NCBI GenBank assembly: GCA_964529325.1
Contig: CAZGWH010000003.1
Span: forward strand, 5,119 to 69,118
DNA from: an uncultured bacterium
Lineage (GTDB): Bacteria; Fidelibacterota; Marinisomatia; SCGC-AAA003-L08; GCA-2689995
Reading direction: 5' to 3'
Length of the DNA: 64,000 bases
Below, in pieces: positions 28,546-38,230 of this stretch; positions within the stretch are counted from its first letter, which is position 1, and every line of letters begins with the position of its first letter. A program made the translations under genes and the position numbers. The notes under the pieces are model-generated. The model searched no databases. It had not been told where the DNA came from and was given only the letters and a program-made list of their open reading frames with translations.

Positions 28546-29390
28546 ATTACCATAATTGTTGAAGCGTTTTTACTACCATTTAATAGCATGTTTAATACTG
28601 TTATAATTGAAACATATAACCCTTTAAATATGCTGTAAATTGACTTCTTATTTATACTGAGTAAAATATTATAAAATGAATCTTGTATCATTGAATATTT
28701 TTTTAATATTTCAAATCCATTTTTATTTAATAATTTTTCTAAGGTAAAAAAATTAAAATGATATAGGTGTCTAGGGGCGTCATAGGGAGCCCATTTGTCA
28801 AGAAAATATTTTTTCTCTAATGCATCATGATTAGGTACAGCAATAACTAATATACCATTTTTTTTTAAAATTGTATTTATTGAATTAAATAATTTTTCTA
28901 AGTCATGAACATGTTCTACTACATGCCACATCGAGATTACATCAAAAAGCTTATTTTTTAATTTATCGATATTAGAATAAAATTTCAAAATTCCATTATA
29001 ATTAGAAAAATTATCTTGAAGAGTAGATGAAAATCCTTTTTTCTGCATATAAATAGCAAACTCCCCTTGTCCTCCACCGATATCTAATAATTCACCCTTA
29101 TTATTAAATTTTATTATTCTACCATGTTTAATTTTTAACGCAATTTTTTGAACTAATTTGTAAATTAGATTATAAATACTAATGTTTCTCTTTTTATGAG
29201 GATCATAATCTGTATGGTTATAAAAATTAGAAATTTCATCGGAATTAGGTCTCGGATTAAGTAAAATAAAATTACAATTACATTTTACTAATTGAAAACT
29301 TTCAATTCTGCTTAAATTAAACCTATCTTTCACTTTAATGAAATTTTGAAATTTACTCCCATTGCAAATTGGACAATTAATTAATTCCAT
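28530..29390 (-). CDS. Class I SAM-dependent methyltransferase with an N-terminal Zn-ribbon
   Basis: CPICNG...CNC followed by SAM motif I, LLDIGGGQGEF. Confidence 0.8.
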   Translation of the reverse strand: MELINCPICNGSKFQNFIKVKDRFNLSRIESFQLVKCNCNFILLNPRPNSDEISNFYNHTDYDPHKKRNISIYNLIYKLVQKIALKIKHGRIIKFNNKGELLDIGGGQGEFAIYMQKKGFSSTLQDNFSNYNGILKFYSNIDKLKNKLFDVISMWHVVEHVHDLEKLFNSINTILKKNGILVIAVPNHDALEKKYFLDKWAPYDAPRHLYHFNFFTLEKLLNKNGFEILKKYSMIQDSFYNILLSINKKSIYSIFKGLYVSIITVLNMLLNGSKNASTIMVICKKK

Positions 29391-29391
29391 T

Positions 29392-31461
29392 TTAAGTTAT
29401 CTCAAAATCTGCAAACGCATTTTGGATATTGACATTTAGGAGTTTAATTTCAACAATATCACCAATATGATATTCTCGTTTATACCGTCGCCCATAAAAT
29501 GATAATTTAGAGCGGTTAAACAAATAATAATCATCAGTCATTGATTTTAAAGAAACAAATCCATCAACAAGAATATCATTTAATTGAACAAAAAACCCTT
29601 TAGGGTTAGCACCAGAAATTATACCTTGAAAATCATTTTCGATATAATTATTTAAATATCTCAACTGTTTTCGCTTAACATAATCTCTTTCAGCTCGCAT
29701 TGCATTTACTTCTAATCGAGATGATTCTTGGGATATATTTTTTGGATTTTCAATTAAATATTTAGAATTATTAATCATCGATTTTAAAAACCGATGAACA
29801 ATTAAATCTGGATATCTACGAATCGGTGAAGTAAAATGACAATAATAATTAAAACCAAGCCCAAAATGCCCTGCATTTTCAGGACTATAATTTGCTTTAG
29901 GCATTGCTCGTAAAGCTAAATGTTCTAGTAATCTTTCAGCTTTTAATCCTTTAATTAGATTAAACATTTTTTTAAGATTAATATTATTTTTTGATAATTT
30001 TTTCTTAATATCATTAGGGATATTTGATCGAAATAATACTTGTTTTAACTCTAAAATATCTACTTTTTTTGGCGTTTCGTGATTTCGATATTGAAATCCT
30101 TTAAATTTAGCCCCATACTCTTTTGCAATAATTTTATTTGCTAATAACATTAATTCTTCAATTAAATTATGACTTTTTAATATTTTTTTTGGTTTTATTG
30201 AAATAGGTATATCGTTTTCTCCCATTTCTATATTAGGCTCTGGAATATTAAAATCAAAACTACCAGATTTTATTCTTTTATTTCTTAAAAAGTTTGTTAT
30301 TTTTTCAAAGTGTTTAATGTCTTTATAATATTCATCTTCTTTAGTTAAATTAACTATATCGCTATAACTATACTTTTGTTTTACCTCAATTATCGATTCA
30401 ACAATTGTATGACTTATCACATCATATTGGTTATTTAAATTAACTATTAATGACAAAGATAATCTTTTTTCATTTTCTTTTAATGAACAGATTCCATTGC
30501 TGATTTCTTCGGGTAACATTGGAATACATTGATTTATTAAATAGACACTCGTTCCTCTCTTAAAAGCTTCAGCATCTAATTTTGTATTAACTTTAACGAT
30601 TTCTGCAACATCTGCTATATGAATTCCAACTTCAAACCCATTTTCTATTTTTTTTATTGAAATAGCATCATCATGATCTTTTGCTGATTCAGGGTCAATT
30701 GTAATTATGCGTAAGCTGGTAAGGTCAATTCTATTTTTTTGATTAATTATATCATTATTATTTATTTTAGCAACTTCATTGATTACTTCTTGGGAGAAAT
30801 CTCTCGCTATACCATACTTTGATGTTATTATTTTAAAATCCATTAATGGATTATTTGAATCGCCAATTATTTTAGTAATTCTTACAGGAATATCACTTGG
30901 AGGATTAACCCAATCTACAATTTCAGCTTCAACCCAGCAAAAATCTTCAAGTGGTTTCCCCTGCATTTCTACAATATTAAATTTTCTATTACATAATTTA
31001 AACGGAGGCTCAAGTATATACCGATTATGAAGTTTTTTAACATTTCCTTGAATTAATTTATTTGAACGAGATAATATTTCTACAATTTCACCATTTATTT
31101 TATCTTCAAATTCATATATAATTTTCACTTTTACATAATCACCATGCAATGCTCCATGAAAATGACCAGACCCAACTGAAATCTTTTTATTATCCTCAAA
31201 AATAAATCCTTTTCCAGATTTAATTAATTCTAATTTTCCAATTATGAATAACCCCGGAGGCGTAACCATAAATCTTCCACCATGAACTTTTGTAATTTTA
31301 TCAAGATTATTTAATTGTTTTAATGTTGATTTAAACTTAGGGTAATTATTTTTATGGACTTTTATTTTACTTGCTATTTCTTTTTTCTTAAAAGCAGTAT
31401 TTGGGTTTGATTTTAAAAAATCAAGGATTTTATTTTCTAAATTAGCTACGATTATTATTAT
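29392..31461 (-). CDS. rnr: Ribonuclease R (RNB + S1 domains); true start lies upstream of the first ATG
   Basis: RNB motifs (DPESAKDHDDA, HFGL..YCHFTSPIRRYPD) and a C-terminal S1 domain. The frame stays open to 31461 and encodes the expected N-terminal HTH (ENKILDFLKSNPNTAFKKKEIASKI). That extension contains no ATG, GTG or TTG; the first ATG is at 31269. Confidence 0.9.
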   Translation of the reverse strand: MIIIVANLENKILDFLKSNPNTAFKKKEIASKIKVHKNNYPKFKSTLKQLNNLDKITKVHGGRFMVTPPGLFIIGKLELIKSGKGFIFEDNKKISVGSGHFHGALHGDYVKVKIIYEFEDKINGEIVEILSRSNKLIQGNVKKLHNRYILEPPFKLCNRKFNIVEMQGKPLEDFCWVEAEIVDWVNPPSDIPVRITKIIGDSNNPLMDFKIITSKYGIARDFSQEVINEVAKINNNDIINQKNRIDLTSLRIITIDPESAKDHDDAISIKKIENGFEVGIHIADVAEIVKVNTKLDAEAFKRGTSVYLINQCIPMLPEEISNGICSLKENEKRLSLSLIVNLNNQYDVISHTIVESIIEVKQKYSYSDIVNLTKEDEYYKDIKHFEKITNFLRNKRIKSGSFDFNIPEPNIEMGENDIPISIKPKKILKSHNLIEELMLLANKIIAKEYGAKFKGFQYRNHETPKKVDILELKQVLFRSNIPNDIKKKLSKNNINLKKMFNLIKGLKAERLLEHLALRAMPKANYSPENAGHFGLGFNYYCHFTSPIRRYPDLIVHRFLKSMINNSKYLIENPKNISQESSRLEVNAMRAERDYVKRKQLRYLNNYIENDFQGIISGANPKGFFVQLNDILVDGFVSLKSMTDDYYLFNRSKLSFYGRRYKREYHIGDIVEIKLLNVNIQNAFADFEIT

Positions 31462-32260
31462 TTAATTTAGATGATTTTAAAATATAAAAACTACCAATAG
31501 CTATCATTATTAAGGAAATAATTTGGGCTCCTGAAAGTCCAATAACATACTTAGGATTTAAACGAATAAATTCAATTAAAAACCGAGATAGACCTACTAA
31601 TATAAAATATTTACTTATTTGAATACCGCTAATTTGTTTAGCAAATCTTTTTTTATATAAATATAAAAAAACAAAGAAATATGCCAATGCCTCATAAATT
31701 TGAGTTGGATGCACTGGAACGATCGTAGGTGGTAATCCATTCGGAAATGCAATGCCCCAGGGCAAATCTGTTGGCTTTCCATAATCATCTCCAACTAATA
31801 AACATCCAATTCGACCAATTCCATGACATAATGCTAAATAAGGAGCAGTCCAATCAGCAACGACTGCCCATTTTAAATTATGCTTTCTAATATAGAGAGT
31901 AACGGCAATTGTTCCACCAATTAACCCTCCATAGAAAACCATTCCAGCTCCAAAGTTTTGAATACCTGAAGCAATTCTATCTGGAGTTAATGTAAATATT
32001 CCAATAAATATCTCTTTCAATCCTTTTAAATTCTCTATTCCATGGCCGCTAGATAAGTTTTCTAAAATATAATAAATTTTAGCACCCAATATTCCACCAA
32101 GAGCAGCATTGAAGGTTAAATCTTCAGCCATCATTGGGTCTTTACCAAGATGTATCATATCTTTTTTTAATAGATAATTCCCTGTTAAAAATGCAATTAC
32201 CATCATTAAACCAAACGAGGAAATTACAAAACCACCAAACCTAAATATTTCAGGATACAT
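31442..32260 (-). CDS. lgt: Prolipoprotein diacylglyceryl transferase
   Basis: GGILGAKIYY, GRIGCLLVGDDYG and HPTQIYE motifs. Confidence 0.9.
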   Translation of the reverse strand: MYPEIFRFGGFVISSFGLMMVIAFLTGNYLLKKDMIHLGKDPMMAEDLTFNAALGGILGAKIYYILENLSSGHGIENLKGLKEIFIGIFTLTPDRIASGIQNFGAGMVFYGGLIGGTIAVTLYIRKHNLKWAVVADWTAPYLALCHGIGRIGCLLVGDDYGKPTDLPWGIAFPNGLPPTIVPVHPTQIYEALAYFFVFLYLYKKRFAKQISGIQISKYFILVGLSRFLIEFIRLNPKYVIGLSGAQIISLIMIAIGSFYILKSSKLNNNNRS

Positions 32261-33188
32261 TTATATTTTCTCCACATTTGGTACAATATTTAATAGTTAA
32301 ATCCATACCTACATTTTTATTGCAATTAGGACAAATATTTTCTTTTTTAATAGTATTCTGTTTAGAATTTGAGTCATTTAAAATAAAAATTAATGACAAT
32401 ATAAAAATTAATAAAAAGCCAAAGATCAAACTATAATATTTAGTATTATTAAATTTATCTAATAAATCATTATTGACTTCTTCGATATCAGGATGATCAT
32501 GATTATGATTATGTTCATCACCTTCGCTATGATTATGATCAGTTAATATTTTATCTAGAATTTCAAGAGTCGTTAATGAACTTTCTTTTACATAGCTAAA
32601 CGAAATTTTAAATTTTTCATTCTTATTTAATTTATTTATGAATTTTCGATTATATGTTAAATTGTATTCATCATTGAATTCTTCTGGCTCAACTAATGAA
32701 GACTTATATTTTTTTGCCCCCAATGGTCGCTGTATTACAACATGAAAATCTATCAAATCAACATTTGATTCAAAAGTATATTCAAAATTACGCTGAATAT
32801 CATTTTGAGCTAAGTCAACATAAAACTGACAATAATATTGAGAGTTATTAATGTTTAATTCCACGAAACCATTTGTTTTTAATGGAATTTCGACTAAGCC
32901 ATTATGATTATTTTCAGTTTGAAATTCAAATATAGATGTAATGCTATGTGGTAATTTTATTTCAGCTTTGTAAGGTAATAATTTTTCAGGAATATTATAT
33001 TGTAACATTACAAGTACATTTGATTGATCATATTCAGGAAAAAAACCCAAAACAAAATCTAATTTATCTAATTGATTCTGAGAAAAAATAATTGATAGAT
33101 AGAGTAGAATAGATAATATGTTAATTTTTTTGATTATTGTATTCCTTGAATAATTATGAAATCGTAAAAAATATGAGAGATTGCACAT
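32250..33188 (-). CDS. Membrane protein with an extracytoplasmic domain, a His-rich tract, a TM helix and a C-terminal zinc ribbon
   Basis: Contains DHNHSEGDEHNHNHDHPD, the TM helix YYSLIFGFLLIFILSLIFIL, and CPNCNKN...CTKCGEN. The real start is probably near 33137 (see findings). Confidence 0.5.
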   Translation of the reverse strand: MCNLSYFLRFHNYSRNTIIKKINILSILLYLSIIFSQNQLDKLDFVLGFFPEYDQSNVLVMLQYNIPEKLLPYKAEIKLPHSITSIFEFQTENNHNGLVEIPLKTNGFVELNINNSQYYCQFYVDLAQNDIQRNFEYTFESNVDLIDFHVVIQRPLGAKKYKSSLVEPEEFNDEYNLTYNRKFINKLNKNEKFKISFSYVKESSLTTLEILDKILTDHNHSEGDEHNHNHDHPDIEEVNNDLLDKFNNTKYYSLIFGFLLIFILSLIFILNDSNSKQNTIKKENICPNCNKNVGMDLTIKYCTKCGENINVS

Positions 33189-33736
33189 ATTGCAAATCCT
33201 CTAAAATAAAAAATTAATCCTAAATATCCACCTGCCGTAAATCTTAAAAAAAAAGATTTCCATTCAAATGAATCACCAAAAATCCCGACATAGTGAAAAC
33301 CACTAAAAATAAGAGAAGATAATAAGAGTATCGGGATAAATATTGAACTTTTAGTTATTTTAAATAATTTTAAAAAAATAGTTAAAAGTAAACCAATGAA
33401 AATAAATCTAAAAATGAATTCTTCAAAAATTCCCGCCCCAATTGCTAAATACAGTTTCTCAATTGTATTTAATCCTTCCTTTCCAAGAATTAATAAATTA
33501 GGAATATTATTAAAAACTAAGAATAATATAAAGCCGTAAACTAACCCTTCTATTATCATACCAAATAGAATCAATGGATTAATTTCATCCGTCTTAATAA
33601 TTGACTTACCCTTTAAAAAAAAATAAGTGGATAATAATATTAAGCTGATTAATAAACCAATTCTTCCATAGGAACCAAAAAATAAAAATGCTTGCCTTAG
33701 CAATACATCGGCTCCATTTCTTACTTCGAATGGCAT
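33134..33736 (-). CDS. CPBP-family intramembrane glutamic endopeptidase
   Basis: EEFIFR, FSGFHY and HIFYDF motifs. Confidence 0.75.
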   Translation of the reverse strand: MPFEVRNGADVLLRQAFLFFGSYGRIGLLISLILLSTYFFLKGKSIIKTDEINPLILFGMIIEGLVYGFILFLVFNNIPNLLILGKEGLNTIEKLYLAIGAGIFEEFIFRFIFIGLLLTIFLKLFKITKSSIFIPILLLSSLIFSGFHYVGIFGDSFEWKSFFLRFTAGGYLGLIFYFRGFAICAISHIFYDFIIIQGIQ

Positions 33737-33846
33737 ATTAAAATTAACAAATACACCTAATAATTCATAGCATATTAAAAGTGGAAAAATTAATATAATA
33801 TTATAAAAATAATTATGTGTTAATTTGAAATATGGTGAATTAATAA

Positions 33847-35652
33847 TTAATCCTGATCTATTTTTAAAACAGCCAAAAATGCTTCTTGTGGAATTTCAAC
33901 ATTACCAACTTGTTTCATTCTTTTTTTCCCTTTTTTCTGTTTTTCTAATAATTTTCTTTTTCGAGAAATATCACCACCATAACATTTTGCCGTCACATTT
34001 TTCCGAAGAGCCTTAACCGTTTCTCTTGCAATAATTTTTGCACCCAGTGTTGCTTGAATTTTAATTTCAAACATCTGTCTATGAATAATTTCTTTTAATT
34101 TTTTACATAGCCCCGAACCTTGATTATATGCATTATCTTGGTGTACAATTAATGATAATGCATCAACAATTTCATCTGCAATTCGAACATCTAATTTTTG
34201 TAATTTTCCAGGTCTATTTTCAATTATTTCATAATCAAATGAAGCATAGCCTCTAGATATAGATTTTAATTTTTCGAAAAATTCAAAAATAACTTCCCCA
34301 AGAGGCATTTCAAAAAATAATTGAACCTTAGTTGTTGTTAAATAATTAGTTGATTTATATACCCCTCGTTTTGAAATACATAATTTCATAATCCCACCAA
34401 TATATTCAGCAGGGGTAATAATTTCAGCTTTTATATAGGGTTCATTTACAGTTTCAATATCACCGCTCACGGGCATATCTGCGGGGTTATTCACTTTTAT
34501 AGAATCACCCATTTTAAGGTCAACTCGATATTGTACATTCGGAGATGTAGTTATAAGATTCATATTAAATTCTCGTTCTAATCGTTCCTGAACTATTTCT
34601 AAATGTAACGGTCCTAAAAAACCACACCTAAACCCAAATCCAAGAGCAATAGATGTATTTGGTTCATAACTTAATGCTGAATCATTTAAAATTAGTTTTT
34701 CTAAGGATGCTCTTAATTCTTCATAATCGTTTGTATCTACAGGATAAACTCCAGCAAAAACCATTGGTTTTATTGGTTGATACCCCGATAATTCTTTTGT
34801 TGCACGGTCATTTTTTACCGTGAGTGTATCCCCTACTTTTATCTTTCTTACATCTTTTAAATTTGTAATAATATATCCAACATCCCCCGCTTCTAATTTT
34901 TTTACAGGAACTTTATTTAATTTTAAAATTCCAACTTCAGCTATTTCATGTTGAATTGTAGAGTCTGCAAAATATTGAGCAGTCATACCTTTTTCAATTA
35001 TTCCATCAAAAACTCTAATATATGGTACAACTCCTCTAAATTTATCAAAAGTAGAATCAAAAATTAATGCTCGAGTCCCTTCATTTATAGAATCTCGAGG
35101 ATATGGGATTTTATCAATGATTGTATCAAAAACAGTTTGAATCGCTATTCCAGACTTTGCACTAATTTTAAGAATATCTTCTTCATCACAGCCTAATAAT
35201 TCAATCATTTGCTCTGTTGCTGAATCTATATCTGCGGCAGGCATATCAATTTTATTTATCACAGGTATTATTTCTAAGTCAGCATCTAAAGCTAGATATG
35301 TATTTGAAACCGTTTGCGCCTCTACACCCTGGGCTGCATCTATCAATAATAAAGCACCTTCACACGCTGCCAAACTTCTTGAAACCTCGTAAGTAAAATC
35401 AACATGTCCTGGAGTATCAATTAAATTAAAAATGTAGTCAATTCCATCAGTATGCTTATAATTCATCTGGATTGGGTGCGATTTAATTGTTATTCCACGC
35501 TCTCTTTCCAAATCCATATCATCTAATACTTGACTTTTCATCTCTTTGGAAGATATTGTATTTGTAAATTCTAGCATGCGGTCAGCAAGTGTTGACTTTC
35601 CATGATCTATGTGTGCAATTATGCAAAAGTTTCTAATATATTGTTTTTTCAC
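33847..35652 (-). CDS. lepA: Elongation factor 4
   Basis: IRNFCIIAHIDHGKST, DTPGHVDF and NKID motifs, plus the LepA C-terminal domain. Confidence 0.97.
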   Translation of the reverse strand: MKKQYIRNFCIIAHIDHGKSTLADRMLEFTNTISSKEMKSQVLDDMDLERERGITIKSHPIQMNYKHTDGIDYIFNLIDTPGHVDFTYEVSRSLAACEGALLLIDAAQGVEAQTVSNTYLALDADLEIIPVINKIDMPAADIDSATEQMIELLGCDEEDILKISAKSGIAIQTVFDTIIDKIPYPRDSINEGTRALIFDSTFDKFRGVVPYIRVFDGIIEKGMTAQYFADSTIQHEIAEVGILKLNKVPVKKLEAGDVGYIITNLKDVRKIKVGDTLTVKNDRATKELSGYQPIKPMVFAGVYPVDTNDYEELRASLEKLILNDSALSYEPNTSIALGFGFRCGFLGPLHLEIVQERLEREFNMNLITTSPNVQYRVDLKMGDSIKVNNPADMPVSGDIETVNEPYIKAEIITPAEYIGGIMKLCISKRGVYKSTNYLTTTKVQLFFEMPLGEVIFEFFEKLKSISRGYASFDYEIIENRPGKLQKLDVRIADEIVDALSLIVHQDNAYNQGSGLCKKLKEIIHRQMFEIKIQATLGAKIIARETVKALRKNVTAKCYGGDISRKRKLLEKQKKGKKRMKQVGNVEIPQEAFLAVLKIDQD

Positions 35653-36001
35653 AGGGGCAAATTTACCAAGTTTAATTCTTTACTTCACACCATCAAATTA
35701 ATTAATAATTAGAAATTTTGATTAAGATTCAATCTGTTAAAGATTTTGAAAATAAATGAAAATTTAAAGGAATACACTACCTATTAAAGTCATAATTTAA
35801 TTTAGTTTATAAGAGATAAAAAAAACTTCAACAAAGTAAAACAAAATGGTATAATTAATATTTTAAAGAAAAATATTAATATTATAAATTTGCTATGATT
35901 TGCTTTATGTCTATAATATGAATTTAATCTAAATTATCGGGTTATTTTTTTGATAAAAATCAACACTTCACCACTAATTATCTACAAAATTAAGGAAAAA
36001 A

Positions 36002-38230
36002 ATGAATTTCAATGTTGATCTTGATGTCGCGATTGAACATGGTTTATCTAAAAGTGAATATGAATATATTTTAGAAATACTAGGAAGAACACCAACTTAT
36101 GTTGAAATTGGCATTTTTTCTGTTATGTGGAGCGAGCATTGCTCTTACAAAAGTTCTATAAAATTATTAAAAACCTTACCTCGTGACGGCGGGAAATTAT
36201 TAGTTGCTGCAGGCGAAGAAAATGCAGGTCTTGTTGATATTGGTGACAATCTTGCATTGGCTTTCAAAATAGAATCGCATAATCATCCTTCAGCTGTAGA
36301 ACCTTATGAAGGTGCCGCAACTGGAGTTGGAGGAATATTAAGAGATATTTTCACAATGGGGGCAAGACCAATCGCAAATATGAACTCATTAAGATTTGGA
36401 AGTTTAGATAATCCTAAAAACAGATTTTTATTAGAACGAGTGGTTGAAGGAATTGCAGATTATGGAAATTGTGTAGGAGTTCCTACAATCGGTGGAGAAG
36501 TTGTAATTGAAGAATCATTTACAGGTAATCCATTAGTTAATGCTTTTACACTTGGAATTGTTAAACATGATGAAACAATTTCTGCAATTGCAGAAGGAGT
36601 TGATAATCCCGTTTTTCTTGTGGGAGCGAAAACAGGGAAAGATGGTATTCATGGTGCGACTTTTGCATCTGTAGAATTAACGGATGAATCAGAGTCTAAA
36701 AGAAGCAATGTTCAAGTTGGTGATCCATTTACTGAAAAACTATTATTAGAAGCATCTCTCGATTTAAGAAATAAAAAATGGTTAGTTGGAATGCAAGATA
36801 TGGGAGCCGCGGGAATTACTTGTTCTTCATCTGAAATGTCAGCTAAAGGTAAATGTGGTATAAAATTAAATTTAGATAAAGTTCCACTTCGTGAAAAAAA
36901 TATGAATGCCTATGAAATTATGCTTTCTGAATCTCAAGAACGAATGCTTGTAGTTATAAAAAAGGGGTTCGAAAAAGAACTTGAAGAGGTATTTTTAAAA
37001 TGGGATTTACATTGTACTCAAATTGGTATTGTTACTGATACGAATAATTTAGAAATTTTCCATAAAAATGAAAAGTATGTAAGTATTCCCGTAGACTCAT
37101 TAGTTTTAGGTGGCGGTGCACCTCAATATGAATTACCCGTTTCTGTTCCCCAATATTTTACAACTTTAAATAATCTTAATTTAGAAAAAATAAAAGAACC
37201 AAAGAATTTTAACAATGTATTAATTAAACTTTTAGCTTCCCCTAATATTTGTAGTAAAAATTATATTTATAATCAATATGACTCAACTGTTAGGACGAAT
37301 ACAATAATTGGCCCAGGACATGATTCAGCAGTAATTAGAATAAAAGGAACGACTAAATCAGTTGCAATGAGTACTGATTGCAATAGTCGATATGTGTATT
37401 TAAACCCAAGGGTTGGCGGGCAAATTGCGGTCGCAGAATCTGCTAGAAATGTGATTTGCTCTGGAGCAGAGCCGTTAGCAATTACAAATTGTCTAAATTT
37501 TGGAAATCCAAATGATCCTGAAATATATTGGCAATTTAAAGAAGCAATCACCGGAATGGGAGAAGCATGTCGAACATTCAATACTCCTGTAACTGGAGGA
37601 AATGTAAGTTTATATAATGAAAGTAGCTTAGGTGCCGTTTATCCCTCACCCGTAATTAGTATGGTTGGTCTAATTGAAAATGAAAATCATATTACAAGTA
37701 TGGATTTTAAAAATGAAGGTGATTTCATTTTAATAATCGGTTCATTAAATGGTCAAATTGGTGGGTCCGAATATTTAAAAACTATTCATAAAAAAGTTGA
37801 AGGACCAATACCGCCATTAAACTTAGAATTTGAAATGAGAGTACAGGATGTATGTCTTGAAGCGATAAAAAAGGGAATTATAAATTCAGCTCACGACCTT
37901 TCTGATGGAGGTCTCGCAGTTGCAGTATCTGAATCATTAATATCTTCAGATAAAAAATTAGGAGCAAAATTAGATATTTCGAGGAAACTTAGAAATGATG
38001 AATTGCTATTTGGTGAGTGTCAAAGTGCAATAATGGTATCACTTAATGAAAAAGATTTAATTGATTTAGTCATAATTGCTCAAAAATTTGATATTCCGAC
38101 TCAAAGCATTGGAAAAGTAACTGGAGATGGTAAATTATATATAAATGATTTAGTAAAATTAACTGTTAAAAAATTAAAAAAAACATATAATAATTCATTA
38201 GAAAATAAAATGACACAAAGTTATGTCTAA
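36002..38230 (+). CDS. purL: Phosphoribosylformylglycinamidine synthase subunit PurL (small type)
   Basis: WSEHCSYKSS, ESHNHPS and GAATGVGGILRD motifs. Confidence 0.95.
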   Translation: MNFNVDLDVAIEHGLSKSEYEYILEILGRTPTYVEIGIFSVMWSEHCSYKSSIKLLKTLPRDGGKLLVAAGEENAGLVDIGDNLALAFKIESHNHPSAVEPYEGAATGVGGILRDIFTMGARPIANMNSLRFGSLDNPKNRFLLERVVEGIADYGNCVGVPTIGGEVVIEESFTGNPLVNAFTLGIVKHDETISAIAEGVDNPVFLVGAKTGKDGIHGATFASVELTDESESKRSNVQVGDPFTEKLLLEASLDLRNKKWLVGMQDMGAAGITCSSSEMSAKGKCGIKLNLDKVPLREKNMNAYEIMLSESQERMLVVIKKGFEKELEEVFLKWDLHCTQIGIVTDTNNLEIFHKNEKYVSIPVDSLVLGGGAPQYELPVSVPQYFTTLNNLNLEKIKEPKNFNNVLIKLLASPNICSKNYIYNQYDSTVRTNTIIGPGHDSAVIRIKGTTKSVAMSTDCNSRYVYLNPRVGGQIAVAESARNVICSGAEPLAITNCLNFGNPNDPEIYWQFKEAITGMGEACRTFNTPVTGGNVSLYNESSLGAVYPSPVISMVGLIENENHITSMDFKNEGDFILIIGSLNGQIGGSEYLKTIHKKVEGPIPPLNLEFEMRVQDVCLEAIKKGIINSAHDLSDGGLAVAVSESLISSDKKLGAKLDISRKLRNDELLFGECQSAIMVSLNEKDLIDLVIIAQKFDIPTQSIGKVTGDGKLYINDLVKLTVKKLKKTYNNSLENKMTQSYV

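Noticed and set aside
35653-36001. The 349-bp divergent lepA/purL intergenic region, examined for a purine or ZTP riboswitch and for promoters. A TAAATTTG match to the Bacteroidota -7 consensus TAnnTTTG lies at 35885-35892.
   Set aside because: The region is almost pure A/T, with no conserved riboswitch core strings or convincing stems. A single 8-mer match in DNA this AT-rich is expected by chance, and I saw no clear -33 TTG partner.
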